Shown here: positions 35,286 through 43,914 of the stretch, piece by piece | How the letters are laid out: each line of letters begins with the position of its first letter | Position numbering within the stretch: the stretch's first letter is position 1 | Origin: an uncultured Chloroflexia bacterium | GTDB taxonomy: Bacteria; Chloroflexota; Limnocylindria; Limnocylindrales; CSP1-4 | Assembly (NCBI GenBank): GCA_963734995.1 | Contig: CAVTJD010000007.1 | Location: 339,496 to 403,495, forward strand | DNA: 64,000 nt | Direction: 5' to 3' | Notes under the pieces: generated by a model | What the model was told of the DNA's origin: nothing | The model's input: only the letters and a program-made list of their open reading frames with translations | Database searches by the model: none | Program-made: the position numbers and the translations under genes

Positions 35286-38200
35286 TCAGGAGCGAGCAGG
35301 GGCGGGCTGGAGCACCAGCCTGTTGCCCGTGGCGCCCTCGAACAGGCGCTCCAGCTCCTCGGGTGGGACCGGCCGGGCGAACGCGTAGCCCTGGCCGCGG
35401 TCGCAGCCCAGCTCGCGCAGACACGCCAGCTGCGTTGCCGTCTCGATCCCCTCGGCGACCACGCCGATGCCCAGCCCGTGCGCCAGCGAGATGACCGCCT
35501 GGGCGATCGGGAGGTCGGCGGCATCCGATCCGAGACCGCTCACGAACGAGCGATCGATCTTGATCGTGTCCAGCGGCAACCGCCGCAGGTAGGACAGCGA
35601 CGAGTAGCCCGTCCCGAAGTCATCGAGCACGAGCTTGACCCCCAGCCTGCGAAGCGCCTGCAGACGCTCGATCGACGCCTCGCTCTGATCCATCACCACG
35701 CTCTCGGTGATCTCGAGCTCGAGGGCCGACGGATCGAGGTCGGTGGCCTCGAGGGTGGCTGCGACCTTCGCCACCAGATCGGGATGCGCGAACTGGCGGG
35801 CGGAGAGGTTGACACTGACGACCGACGGCGCCGCTCCCCCGGCCTGCCGCCACGCCCGGACCTGCCGGCAGGCTGTATCGAGCACCCACTGGCCGATGGG
35901 GACGATCAGGCCCGTCTCCTCGGCGAGCGGGATGAACGACAGCGGCGGGACCAGGCCGCGCTCCGGGTGCTGCCAGCGCACCAGCGCCTCGACGCCCACG
36001 ACGCTCCCGTCGGCCAGGTCAACCAGCGGCTGGTAGTGGAGTCGCAGCTCCGATCGCTCGACGGCCCGGCGCAGGTCGTGCTCCAGGGCAGCCTGCTCGA
36101 GGCTCTCGGCCCGCATCTCGGGATCGAACCGAACCAGCGCGCGGATGGGGTCGGCCTTCGCCCGATGCAGGGCGATCTCGGCCTCCTTGAGCAGATCGTC
36201 CGGCGTGGTGACGGCCAGTCTCGCGACCGCGAGCCCGGCGTTGGCACCGATCGTCACCTCCCGGTCGTCCAGCACGAACGGCCTCGCCAGGGTCGCCAGG
36301 AACCGGTCGGCAACCCGCTCCGCGTCGCGGGGGCCGCGGACGTTGTCGAGCACGACACCGTACTCGTCACTCCCCAGCCGGGCCACGAGATCGGTGGGCC
36401 GGGCGAGCGCGGCGAGCCGCTGGCCCACCAGCGAGAGCAGATGATCGCCGGCGGTGTGACCGAGGCTCTCGTTGACCACGGTGAACCGGTCGAGGTCGAG
36501 CACGATCAGCGCGACCTTGGCATGCGACGTCGAATCGGCGTGGTGCTGGTCCTCGCTCATCTGCGTCAACCAACCCAGCAGCTGAGCACGGTTCGGCAGC
36601 CCCGTGACCCGATCGTGGAGCGCATCGTGCGCGCGCTGTGATCCCTCCGAGCGGACACGCTCGATGAGACGGGCGTGCTCGAGGGCGATCGAGGCGAGCT
36701 GGGCGAACCGCGTGACGGCCTCCACCTCGCCTTCCGTGAACGGCCGGCCCGCGTCACCCGACGCGAGCCCGATGCACCCGGCGACCTGGCCCGGGGACCC
36801 GAGCGGCACGGAGCACACGGCGCCGAACAGCTCGGAGTCGAGATCCGGCGCCCGATCCGCGTAGTCGGCGTAGTCATCGATGATCACCGGGCGACCGGTG
36901 TGCACGACCTCCCAGCCGGCCCCGGTGTTCTCCGGCAGGCGGTAGCCCACCAACCGCTCGAACGCCCCGGTCCCGACCCGAACCGTCATCTGGGGCTGGC
37001 CGTCGGTGCCGTCCTCGAGCAGATACAGGAAGCCGTGCCGAACACCCACCAGCTCGGTCGCGCGATCCACGACCTCGATCAGCAGCTGCTCGGGATCGAG
37101 ATGCTCGAGCAGCGCCAGGGTCGTACGGTCGATCGCGGCCAGGTACGGGTCACGGATCGGCTCGTCGCTGCCGGGCGACCGCAGGCTCGCCGGCTTGGCC
37201 AGGTAGAGCGCCCGGTCGGCCGCCGTCACGAGCTCGTCGTTGGTTTGCCCATCGAGCGGATAGGCGGCCACTCCTGCGCTGATCGTCACCGTCGGTCCGG
37301 CCGGCTCGGTGAGCCGGGCTACCGCCCCGCGCACGCGATCGGCGATCTGGTACCCGAGACGCCGGTCGACATCCGGCAGCAGGATCGCGAACTCGTCCCC
37401 GCCATAGCGATAGGCGCGGTCGCCTTCACGGATGGCCCCCGTCATGGCGTCGGCGACGCGTGACAGGAGCGTGTCGCCCACCGGGTGGCCGTGGCGGTCG
37501 TTGTACCCCTTGAACGCGTCCAGATCGAGCATCGCCAGCGCGAACGGCTCGCCCGCCTCGATCAGGATGCCGAGCTCACGCTGGAAGGCGCCGTGGTTCC
37601 GCAGCCCGGTCAACGCATCCCGCTCCGCGCGTGTCTTCATCGCCCCGTGGGCCTCGGCGTTCTGGAGCGCGATCGACGCCTGGGCCGCGAACAGCTGCAC
37701 CAGCTCGAACTCGTCCCGCGTGTAGTGCGCCTCGGGCCCGCCCATCCGCGCGACGTTCAAGGTCCCGATCACCTCGCCGCCGATGAGCAGCGGGCACACG
37801 ATCATCGACTCCGGCTCCTCGGGCGTGCCGGGTATCTGTGCCGCCCTCGTATCGAGGTGGGCGTCGTTGGCCAGCACCGCCTCGTGGTGACGGATCGCCC
37901 AGCCGGTGAGCCCGACGTCGATCGGGCCGGCGTGGGCCAGGATCTCGTCCGCAAATCGGTCACGCGCCACGACGGCGCGACGGACACCGGCCACCCGGTC
38001 GATGCGGTGAACCGTGAGCGCGTCGTAGGCGACGACCGCCTTGAGCGAGTCGGCGATCATCTCGAGCACACCGCTCGGATCGAGCGTGGCCAGCAAGCGC
38101 TCGTTGACCTCGAGCAACCGGCGCTGGCTCTCGAGCCGGTGGTGGAGCTCCTGCCGCTGGTGCCGCACCTGGCCGAACGCCTCCGCGTTCACGATGGCCT

Positions 38201-39254
38201 GCGCCGCCTGACCGGCGAAGATCTCGAGCGTCCGCTGATCGTCCTCGGAGAACTGGTCGTGGCCCGCCTTGGACACGACGATGATGCCGAGCACCCGTGA
38301 CTCGTACGTCATCGGGACCAGCATCATCGACTCCGGCCCGCGATCGGCACCGATCCGCCGGCCCCGCGGGTCCAGCCTCGCATCGCCCAGCCGGACGGTC
38401 TCGCTGTGCCGCGCAACCCACCCGGTCAGGCCCTCGCCGATGCGCAGCCGCAGCTGGGCCGACGACGGTCGTCCGATGCCCATGAACTCGCCCTGGAAGG
38501 CGATCGGCTCGCACCAGCGCGTGGCCTCGTCCACCCGGTAGACGCGGATCGTGTCGTGCGCGATCAGCCGGTCCGCCTCGGCGACGATCGCCGCCCCGAT
38601 GCCCTCGACCTCCTTGATCCCGTTGAGCCGCAGGGCGAGCTCCTGGATCGCACGCAACCGCGCGGCACCCTCACGCACGCCGTTGAACAGCTTCGCATTC
38701 GCGACGGCCGTGGCCATCTGGCCGGCGAAGGCCGCGCACAGGCTGAGCTCGTCAGGCGTCCACGCATACCGGGTGCGGTGATACAGGATCAGCAGACCGA
38801 CCGGCTCGTCGCGGTAGACGAGCGGGATGAATGCGAGCGTGCGGAAGCCGAGCCGCCCGTAGATGTCGGAGAAATGGGGCGCCGAAGCGGGATCGTCCAG
38901 CACGATCGTGCGCCGCTCGCGCATCGACCGGCGACCGATGGTCTCGTCGTCGGTGGTGATCGCCGCGGCGGCATCGATGAGCTCCTGGTCCAGGCCCCGA
39001 TGCGCCACCAGCCGGAACGGGTGGCGGCCAGGGTTGAGCAGCCACAGCCCGGCGACCTCGGCGCCGAACAGATCATGGGAGGCGTCGAGAACATGCCGGA
39101 ACACGTCGTCGAGCTCGAGGTTCGAGTTCACCTCGCTGGCCATGCGACGAAGGATCTCGGCGCGATCTGCGCCGGATCCGCGACCGTTGTTGCGGGCCGC
39201 CCTTCGGCCTCCGGGGCGGCGATTCGGCGAGCTCTGGTCCAACGCGACTGCCAT
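35286..39254 (-). CDS. Multidomain c-di-GMP signalling protein: GAF x3, GGDEF (intact), GAF, GGDEF (degenerate), EAL
   Basis: REGDRAYRYGGDEF (I-site RxxD plus GGDEF). RPTDLVARLGSDEY (degenerate A-site with I-site retained). EAL domain with EALVRW, NLSARQ, ELEITES, DDFGTGYSSLSYL, KIDRSF, EGIET, QGY. Start taken at ATG 39254 inside ORF 35286..39551. Confidence 0.9.
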   Translation of the reverse strand: MAVALDQSSPNRRPGGRRAARNNGRGSGADRAEILRRMASEVNSNLELDDVFRHVLDASHDLFGAEVAGLWLLNPGRHPFRLVAHRGLDQELIDAAAAITTDDETIGRRSMRERRTIVLDDPASAPHFSDIYGRLGFRTLAFIPLVYRDEPVGLLILYHRTRYAWTPDELSLCAAFAGQMATAVANAKLFNGVREGAARLRAIQELALRLNGIKEVEGIGAAIVAEADRLIAHDTIRVYRVDEATRWCEPIAFQGEFMGIGRPSSAQLRLRIGEGLTGWVARHSETVRLGDARLDPRGRRIGADRGPESMMLVPMTYESRVLGIIVVSKAGHDQFSEDDQRTLEIFAGQAAQAIVNAEAFGQVRHQRQELHHRLESQRRLLEVNERLLATLDPSGVLEMIADSLKAVVAYDALTVHRIDRVAGVRRAVVARDRFADEILAHAGPIDVGLTGWAIRHHEAVLANDAHLDTRAAQIPGTPEEPESMIVCPLLIGGEVIGTLNVARMGGPEAHYTRDEFELVQLFAAQASIALQNAEAHGAMKTRAERDALTGLRNHGAFQRELGILIEAGEPFALAMLDLDAFKGYNDRHGHPVGDTLLSRVADAMTGAIREGDRAYRYGGDEFAILLPDVDRRLGYQIADRVRGAVARLTEPAGPTVTISAGVAAYPLDGQTNDELVTAADRALYLAKPASLRSPGSDEPIRDPYLAAIDRTTLALLEHLDPEQLLIEVVDRATELVGVRHGFLYLLEDGTDGQPQMTVRVGTGAFERLVGYRLPENTGAGWEVVHTGRPVIIDDYADYADRAPDLDSELFGAVCSVPLGSPGQVAGCIGLASGDAGRPFTEGEVEAVTRFAQLASIALEHARLIERVRSEGSQRAHDALHDRVTGLPNRAQLLGWLTQMSEDQHHADSTSHAKVALIVLDLDRFTVVNESLGHTAGDHLLSLVGQRLAALARPTDLVARLGSDEYGVVLDNVRGPRDAERVADRFLATLARPFVLDDREVTIGANAGLAVARLAVTTPDDLLKEAEIALHRAKADPIRALVRFDPEMRAESLEQAALEHDLRRAVERSELRLHYQPLVDLADGSVVGVEALVRWQHPERGLVPPLSFIPLAEETGLIVPIGQWVLDTACRQVRAWRQAGGAAPSVVSVNLSARQFAHPDLVAKVAATLEATDLDPSALELEITESVVMDQSEASIERLQALRRLGVKLVLDDFGTGYSSLSYLRRLPLDTIKIDRSFVSGLGSDAADLPIAQAVISLAHGLGIGVVAEGIETATQLACLRELGCDRGQGYAFARPVPPEELERLFEGATGNRLVLQPAPARS

Positions 39255-39564
39255 GGAGTCCGATGCGTGCGTGACTTCGCTGTCATCCACGACGCTCGCA
39301 TGCGCTGCGGAGCACGAGGTGTCAACGTGCACCGTAGTCGCTGGAACGGGTGTGCCGCGATAGGACGGACGTACTCCCGGGAACGGCCCGGCGGCCGGTC
39401 CCAGGAATCGTCCATCCGGCACTCCACTCACCAACAGCGGCTGTCCACACTGACTCCACGTGGTTGGCCCCCGCAGGCACCGTGGCGGGTCCAGCTGTTG
39501 GGCAGGCGATGCATGCGCGCCCGGCCACCGACCGGCCGGTAGCCAGCACATCGGAGGAACCGCG

Positions 39565-40065
39565 ATGAGGGTGCTGGTCAGCGCCGCGTCCAGGCATGGA
39601 GCGACGAGACAGGTTGCCGAGGCGCTCGCCGCTCAGCTCGAGGCATCGGGACTGGAGCCGGTGGTGAAGGCACCGGACGAGGTCGATCGGGTCGAGGGGT
39701 TCGGTGCTGCGGTGATCGGCAGCGGCGTTTACGCGGGCCACTGGCTCCGACCCGCCAAGGACCTCCTCCAGCGGCATCGGGACGCGCTCGCGTTGATGCC
39801 GGTGTGGCTGTTCTCCAGCGGTCCGGTCGGTGATCCGCCGCTCCCCATCGAAGAGCCCGCCGACGCCGCATCGATGGTCGCCCTGATCGGTGCCCGCGGC
39901 CATCGCGTGTTCGCCGGAGAGCTCGACCGCGGCCGGCTCGGCATGGCCGAGAAGCTGATCGTGCGGGCGGTTCGCGCACAGGAGGGCGACTTCAGGCCGT
40001 GGGCCGAGATCGATGCCTGGGCGACGGAGATCGCAGCAGCGCTGGAGATCGCCGCCGATCACTGA
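39565..40065 (+). CDS. Flavodoxin-like domain protein
   Basis: MRVLVSAASRHGATRQVAEALA…AVIGSGVYAGHW…; GGAGGA upstream of ATG 39565. Confidence 0.7.
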   Translation: MRVLVSAASRHGATRQVAEALAAQLEASGLEPVVKAPDEVDRVEGFGAAVIGSGVYAGHWLRPAKDLLQRHRDALALMPVWLFSSGPVGDPPLPIEEPADAASMVALIGARGHRVFAGELDRGRLGMAEKLIVRAVRAQEGDFRPWAEIDAWATEIAAALEIAADH

Positions 40066-40301
40066 CGGAGGTCGCGGCCGATCACTCATCGCCCGCGGCA
40101 TCGCCGACCGATGGCCCGCGGCATCGCCGATCGCTGATCGCCCACCGCCTCGCCGGATCGGCCGTCCACCGCTGACCACCCGATCGCGGCCTGCCTTCGA
40201 CCGAGCTGCTGCAGGACGGCCGACACACCCGCGGACCTGCTCTTCCCGCCGGGTCCACAATGGGTCCGGAGGAGGCCCATGAGCTCGGGAGACAGGATGC
40301 C

Positions 40302-40904
40302 ATGCGGATCGCGGTGATCGGTGCCGGCAACGTTGGCGGGGGACTCGGCAAGGCGTTTGCCGCCGTGGGCCACGAGGTGGTGTTCGGGGTTCGTGATCCC
40401 GAAAGCAGCAAGACCCTTGCCGCGCTGGTCGAGATCCCGGCGGCCAGCGCCGCGTCGCCGTCCGATGCGGTCGACGGTGCCGACGTCATCGTGTTCGCGC
40501 TGCGTCCGGTTGCCATCGGAGCGATGGTGGCGGATCTGCCGCCGCTGACGGACCGGATCGTGATCGATGCCATGAACCGCTTTGACGGGGATCCGCTGCG
40601 GTCCACCACGGAGGATCTTGCCGCCCTGCTCCCCGGCGCGAAGCTGGCGAAGGCGTTCAACACCATCGGGTTCGAGAACCTGACCACCGCCCGCGATCGC
40701 CGGACACCGGTCGCGATGTTCGTCGCCGGCGATGACCCGGACGCAAAGCGGGTCGCGATGGGCCTCGCAACCGAGATCGGCTTCGAGGCAGAGGACGCCG
40801 GCGGCCTGGCGAACTGCCGGCCGCTGGAAGAGATGGTCAGGGTGTGGATCGCGCTGACCCAGACCCACGGCCGAACCGTCGGCTTCGCGCTGTCACGGGG
40901 CTAG
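40302..40904 (+). CDS. NADP oxidoreductase, coenzyme F420-dependent family (NpdG-like)
   Basis: MRIAVIGAGNVGGGLGKAFAAVGHEVVFGVR Rossmann motif; …AKAFNTIGFENL…VAGDD. Confidence 0.75.
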   Translation: MRIAVIGAGNVGGGLGKAFAAVGHEVVFGVRDPESSKTLAALVEIPAASAASPSDAVDGADVIVFALRPVAIGAMVADLPPLTDRIVIDAMNRFDGDPLRSTTEDLAALLPGAKLAKAFNTIGFENLTTARDRRTPVAMFVAGDDPDAKRVAMGLATEIGFEAEDAGGLANCRPLEEMVRVWIALTQTHGRTVGFALSRG

Positions 40905-40972
40905 CGAGACGGCCGATGCCGCGGCGTGGGCTCGCCGTGCGGCGCCTTCATCGGTCCGGCGACATTCGTTTC

Positions 40973-41004
40973 GCGTACACCGTACGCGTGCGTACGCCGT
41001 ACGC
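40973..41004. promoter_or_regulatory. Two tandem 15-bp palindromes, GCGTAC-N3-GTACGC (candidate TetR operators)
   Basis: GCGTACaccGTACGC gt GCGTACgccGTACGC, immediately followed by TATGCT (a -10-like hexamer, 41005-41010) and the tetR ATG at 41017. Confidence 0.5.
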
Positions 41005-41016
41005 TATGCTGGTGAC

Positions 41017-41694
41017 ATGATGACAGAGCGCTCACCCGCAACCCAGGTCGCGAATCGCGCCCCCCTCGACCGCAATCGCATCGTCGAGGCGGCGGTCGCG
41101 GTCGTGGACGAGGACGGAATGGACGCGTTGACGATGCGCGCCGTCGCCCGACACCTCGGTGCGGGCACCATGTCGCTCTACCGCCACGTTTCGGGCCGCG
41201 AGGAGCTGCTCGAGCTCGTCCTCGGAGCGATGTCCGCCGAGATCGCGCCTCCGGCCCCGACAGGCGCCTGGCGCGAGGACCTCATCGCGATCGCAACTGC
41301 GATGCGGACAGGGCTCCTCAAGCGGCCGCAGCTGACCGTGCACCTTGCGGCGCGGGCAGGTGGTGGCAATGCGGCATTGCCCCTGCTCGACCACACGCTG
41401 AGCGTGCTCCGGTCAGCCGGGTTCGGGCGGCGAGGCGCGGTGCTCGCGTACCAGGCCCTCGTAAACCTCGTGGCCGGCGCGGTCGTGCGGGAAGCGGGCA
41501 GCGTGTCGAGCCCCGGTGGCGACGACCGGCAGACCGCGGACGGCATGGTGGCGTCCCTGCCGTCGGACGTGTTCCCCGGCATTGCCTGGGCGGGTCCGAA
41601 GATCGCGGCCGGTGGTGCCGACGACCGGTTCGCGTTTGGGCTGGCGTGTCTGCTCGACGGGTTGGAGGCGTACCTCGCGCGTCGCAAGCGCTGA
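41017..41694 (+). CDS. TetR/AcrR-family transcriptional regulator
   Basis: IVEAAVAVVDEDGMDALTMRAVARHLGAGTMSLYRHVSGREELL (HTH). The C-terminal part is like the TetR_C regulatory domain. Confidence 0.9.
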   Translation: MMTERSPATQVANRAPLDRNRIVEAAVAVVDEDGMDALTMRAVARHLGAGTMSLYRHVSGREELLELVLGAMSAEIAPPAPTGAWREDLIAIATAMRTGLLKRPQLTVHLAARAGGGNAALPLLDHTLSVLRSAGFGRRGAVLAYQALVNLVAGAVVREAGSVSSPGGDDRQTADGMVASLPSDVFPGIAWAGPKIAAGGADDRFAFGLACLLDGLEAYLARRKR

Positions 41695-41710
41695 CCGATC
41701 CGCTGTGCTT

Positions 41711-41757
41711 GTCCCGGTCGCTGTCCCTGTCCCGGTCGCGGTCCCTGTCCCGGTGCC
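41711..41757. repeat. 18-bp tandem repeat (2.5 copies), GTCCCGGTCGC(T/G)GTCCCT
   Basis: Read directly, starting 17 nt after the tetR stop. Confidence 0.8.
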
Positions 41758-41806
41758 CTTGCTCGACCAGCTCGCTGGTCTGCTCCGTCCCTGCGGGATG
41801 GGACTC

Positions 41807-41957
41807 GATCAGATACCCACCGGGCGGGTGTTCCGAGCGGACTTGCGCTCGGTGTCCGGTTCGCCCGGCCCCCGACGTCGCCGAATCCCGGTCCATCCTG
41901 ATCAGGTACCCGCCAGGCGGGTGGTAGCGCAGGTCCGGCGTGGCACACTCGCGCTAC
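41807..41957. repeat. Two copies of a 24-nt direct repeat, each followed by a 7-bp-stem hairpin
   Basis: GATCAGATACCCACCGGGCGGGTG (41807-41830) followed by CCGAGCG-gacttg-CGCTCGG (41833-41852). GATCAGGTACCCGCCAGGCGGGTG (41900-41923) followed by GTAGCGC-N20-GCGCTAC (41924-41957). The two repeats share 21 of 24 positions. Confidence 0.75.
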
Positions 41958-41969
41958 TACCCTTGGCAC

Positions 41970-42109
41970 GGGTAGGTGCTCAGGTCTCGGGCGGCAACCG
42001 GTCCGTAACACCCGTGTCGTGGGTATGTGCTCAAGCATGGACCGTCGCTGACCACATTGCATGCATCCCATGGGTATGTGCGCAAGTCGCTCGTAGGTGC
42101 GCAAGTCGC
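41970..42109. repeat. Four dispersed copies of a roughly 15-17-nt motif, GGGTA(G/T)GTGC(T/G)CA(A/G)G
   Basis: 41970-41984, 42021-42035, 42072-42086, and 42093-42109 (which lacks the leading GG). The last two copies are 16/17 identical over GTA(T/G)GTGCGCAAGTCGC. Confidence 0.75.
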
Positions 42110-42230
42110 ACGTGCGTGGGCAACTGGACCGAGGCGAGCCGCGAACCTGCGAGCCGCGATGCGGCACGAGGCCCCCGGGCCAGTCGCGCGGCTGTGGACT
42201 CGGATGGGCGGACGCCTCGGCCCCGATCGG

Positions 42231-43205
42231 TCAGGCCCCGCGTGCCCGGCGCCCCGCCTTGCGGAAACCGTCCACCGAGTCCCAGGACGCGATGGCCACG
42301 GCGATCACCCCGATCACCGACGCCGTCGGGCTGATCCAGGCGCTCGTTCCGACGTGCCCTTCTACGGCCGACACGAGCGCCGGATCGAACAGCTTCTCCT
42401 GCTGGAGCAGCCACACGGCCGGGATCGTGAACGCCACGTTGAGCCCGAGATTGACCGTGGCCAGCAGCCAGGTCCAGCCGCCGCGCGCCCAGCGGACGAA
42501 CGTGAACACGATCTCGAGCCCCAGGATCGCAACGAACCACGGGATCCAGAGCGACCACAGGTCTGGGTCGAACAGCGGGTACCCGGCGCCGTCGATCGTG
42601 ATCGGCATCGCCAGCTGCTGCCATACGAGGGCCACGATCGCGACGCCCAGGGCGACGACGGACACCACGATCTCAACGATGTGCGGGCGGGCCTCCACGG
42701 CCGGCAGCTCGGGCAGACGATCAGGCGTCCACGCGTCATGGAGCGATGTCCGACCGGAGCGCTCGACCACCGCGAAGATGACGGTGATCCAGAACAGGAC
42801 CTGGATCACCGCACTGATGCCGCTGTCGACGCCGACGCCGACCAGCTCGGTCGTGGACGAGCCCTTGAGCCAGGCGGCGGCGACCGAGACGATGATCACG
42901 AGCGGGACGACGATCGGCAGCAGGAGTCCGACGAACCGGCGCCAGTCCGGGTAGAAGCGGGGTCCGATCAGGACCAGCTGGCGGTCGGTGTAGCGGGCGG
43001 CGAGGCGCTCGGGGTCCCCAAGCTCGGTCAGCGCGGCCCGCTCGGCGGCAGCCCGGTCAACGGCAGCCGGATCGGGCGCCTCCGCTTCGCGAGCCTCCAC
43101 GGCATCGGCGACCAGGGCCCGGATCTCCGGCTCCAGCTCGGGGCGCTGAGCCGCGGGCACCGCCCGCAGGACGGCCCAGACATAGCGATCAGTCAGCGTG
43201 CTCAT
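42231..43205 (-). CDS. PadR-associated integral membrane protein (permease-prefix/HAAS-type N-terminal domain)
   Basis: MSTLTDRYVWAVLRAVPAAQRPELEPEIRALVADAVEA… followed by about six hydrophobic helices. It overlaps padR by 17 nt. Confidence 0.7.
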   Translation of the reverse strand: MSTLTDRYVWAVLRAVPAAQRPELEPEIRALVADAVEAREAEAPDPAAVDRAAAERAALTELGDPERLAARYTDRQLVLIGPRFYPDWRRFVGLLLPIVVPLVIIVSVAAAWLKGSSTTELVGVGVDSGISAVIQVLFWITVIFAVVERSGRTSLHDAWTPDRLPELPAVEARPHIVEIVVSVVALGVAIVALVWQQLAMPITIDGAGYPLFDPDLWSLWIPWFVAILGLEIVFTFVRWARGGWTWLLATVNLGLNVAFTIPAVWLLQQEKLFDPALVSAVEGHVGTSAWISPTASVIGVIAVAIASWDSVDGFRKAGRRARGA

Positions 43206-43554
43206 CCGTTTCCATCTCCCCGCCCAGCCGATGAATTGAGATCTCGATCCTCGTCCAGTCGGCCAGCAGCTCGGTTGCGAGCCGCTCGCCGTCCGGGCTG
43301 ATCCGGTAGAACTTCCGCGGCCGGGCTTCTTCTGTGTTCCACTCGCTGACGAGCATCCCCTGGCCCTCCAGCCGCCGAAGCAGCGGATAGAGGGTGTTCG
43401 CGTCGACCGTGAAGCCGAGCGCGCGGAGCTGCTCCAGCAATGCGTAGCCATAGCCGGGATCCCGAAGCAGGAGCAGGCACGCCAGCACCACCGTGCCGCG
43501 GCGCAGCTCCTGCAGGCTTCCGGCCAGGACTTCGTCGAATGTCATGGCTCGCAC
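43189..43554 (-). CDS. PadR-family transcriptional regulator
   Basis: LRRGTVVLACLLLLRDPGYGYALLEQLRALGF…ANTLYPLLRRLEGQGMLVSEWNTEEARPRKFYRISPDG. Confidence 0.9.
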   Translation of the reverse strand: MRAMTFDEVLAGSLQELRRGTVVLACLLLLRDPGYGYALLEQLRALGFTVDANTLYPLLRRLEGQGMLVSEWNTEEARPRKFYRISPDGERLATELLADWTRIEISIHRLGGEMETDEHAD

Positions 43555-43914
43555 TATAGTGTGCGATACACATTATGTCAAGCCATGCAGCATCGTGTGG
43601 CGCGCATCGCGCGGCGGAATGCCGCCACCTGGGCGTCAAGCGCGCGGCCCGGCCGGCTGACCGACGCCGGCGACAGTGCAACCCCCGTGAGCGCCGCCGT
43701 GGGCGCCGTCGTCACGTGCGTCGAGAGGCCACGGAGGAACGCCTGTGCAAGGCCGTGTCGACGGGCCTGTCCGGCGGGCGGCCCGCTGCAGGAACGACGT
43801 CCCGAATCCCCTCACGACGCGCTACGTCACTCAGTTCCCGCGCCCACGAGGACGCTGAGCTCGCCCGGTGCTACTCTCCCGAGAGATGGCGGGCCTTGTT
43901 CTGGTGGGCGGCAC

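Noticed and set aside
34617-36641. 674-aa plus-strand ORF overlapping the BI-1 gene and the EAL/GGDEF region.
   Set aside because: Low-complexity Arg/Gly/Asp/Pro translation. It is antisense to well-supported domains.
40050-40200. Short direct repeats (GCCGATCACT x2, CCCGCGGCATCGCCGA x2) after the flavodoxin-like gene.
   Set aside because: Low-complexity ATCGCC/GATCGC-type sequence. The repeats are short and there is no structure or ORF.
41646-41927. Cys-rich 93-aa ORF (…CPCSTSSLVCSVPAGWDSIRYPPGGCSERTCARCP…IRYPPGGW), considered as a RiPP-like precursor.
   Set aside because: It starts inside tetR. Its repeats simply reflect the DNA direct repeats, third-position GC is poor, and no maturation enzymes are nearby.
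43553-43585. AT-rich imperfect inverted repeat (ATAGTGTG…ACACATTAT) at the padR start, considered as a PadR operator.
   Set aside because: The arms match only partially and the element overlaps the start codon. It is plausible but not supportable without binding data, so it is not listed as a feature.
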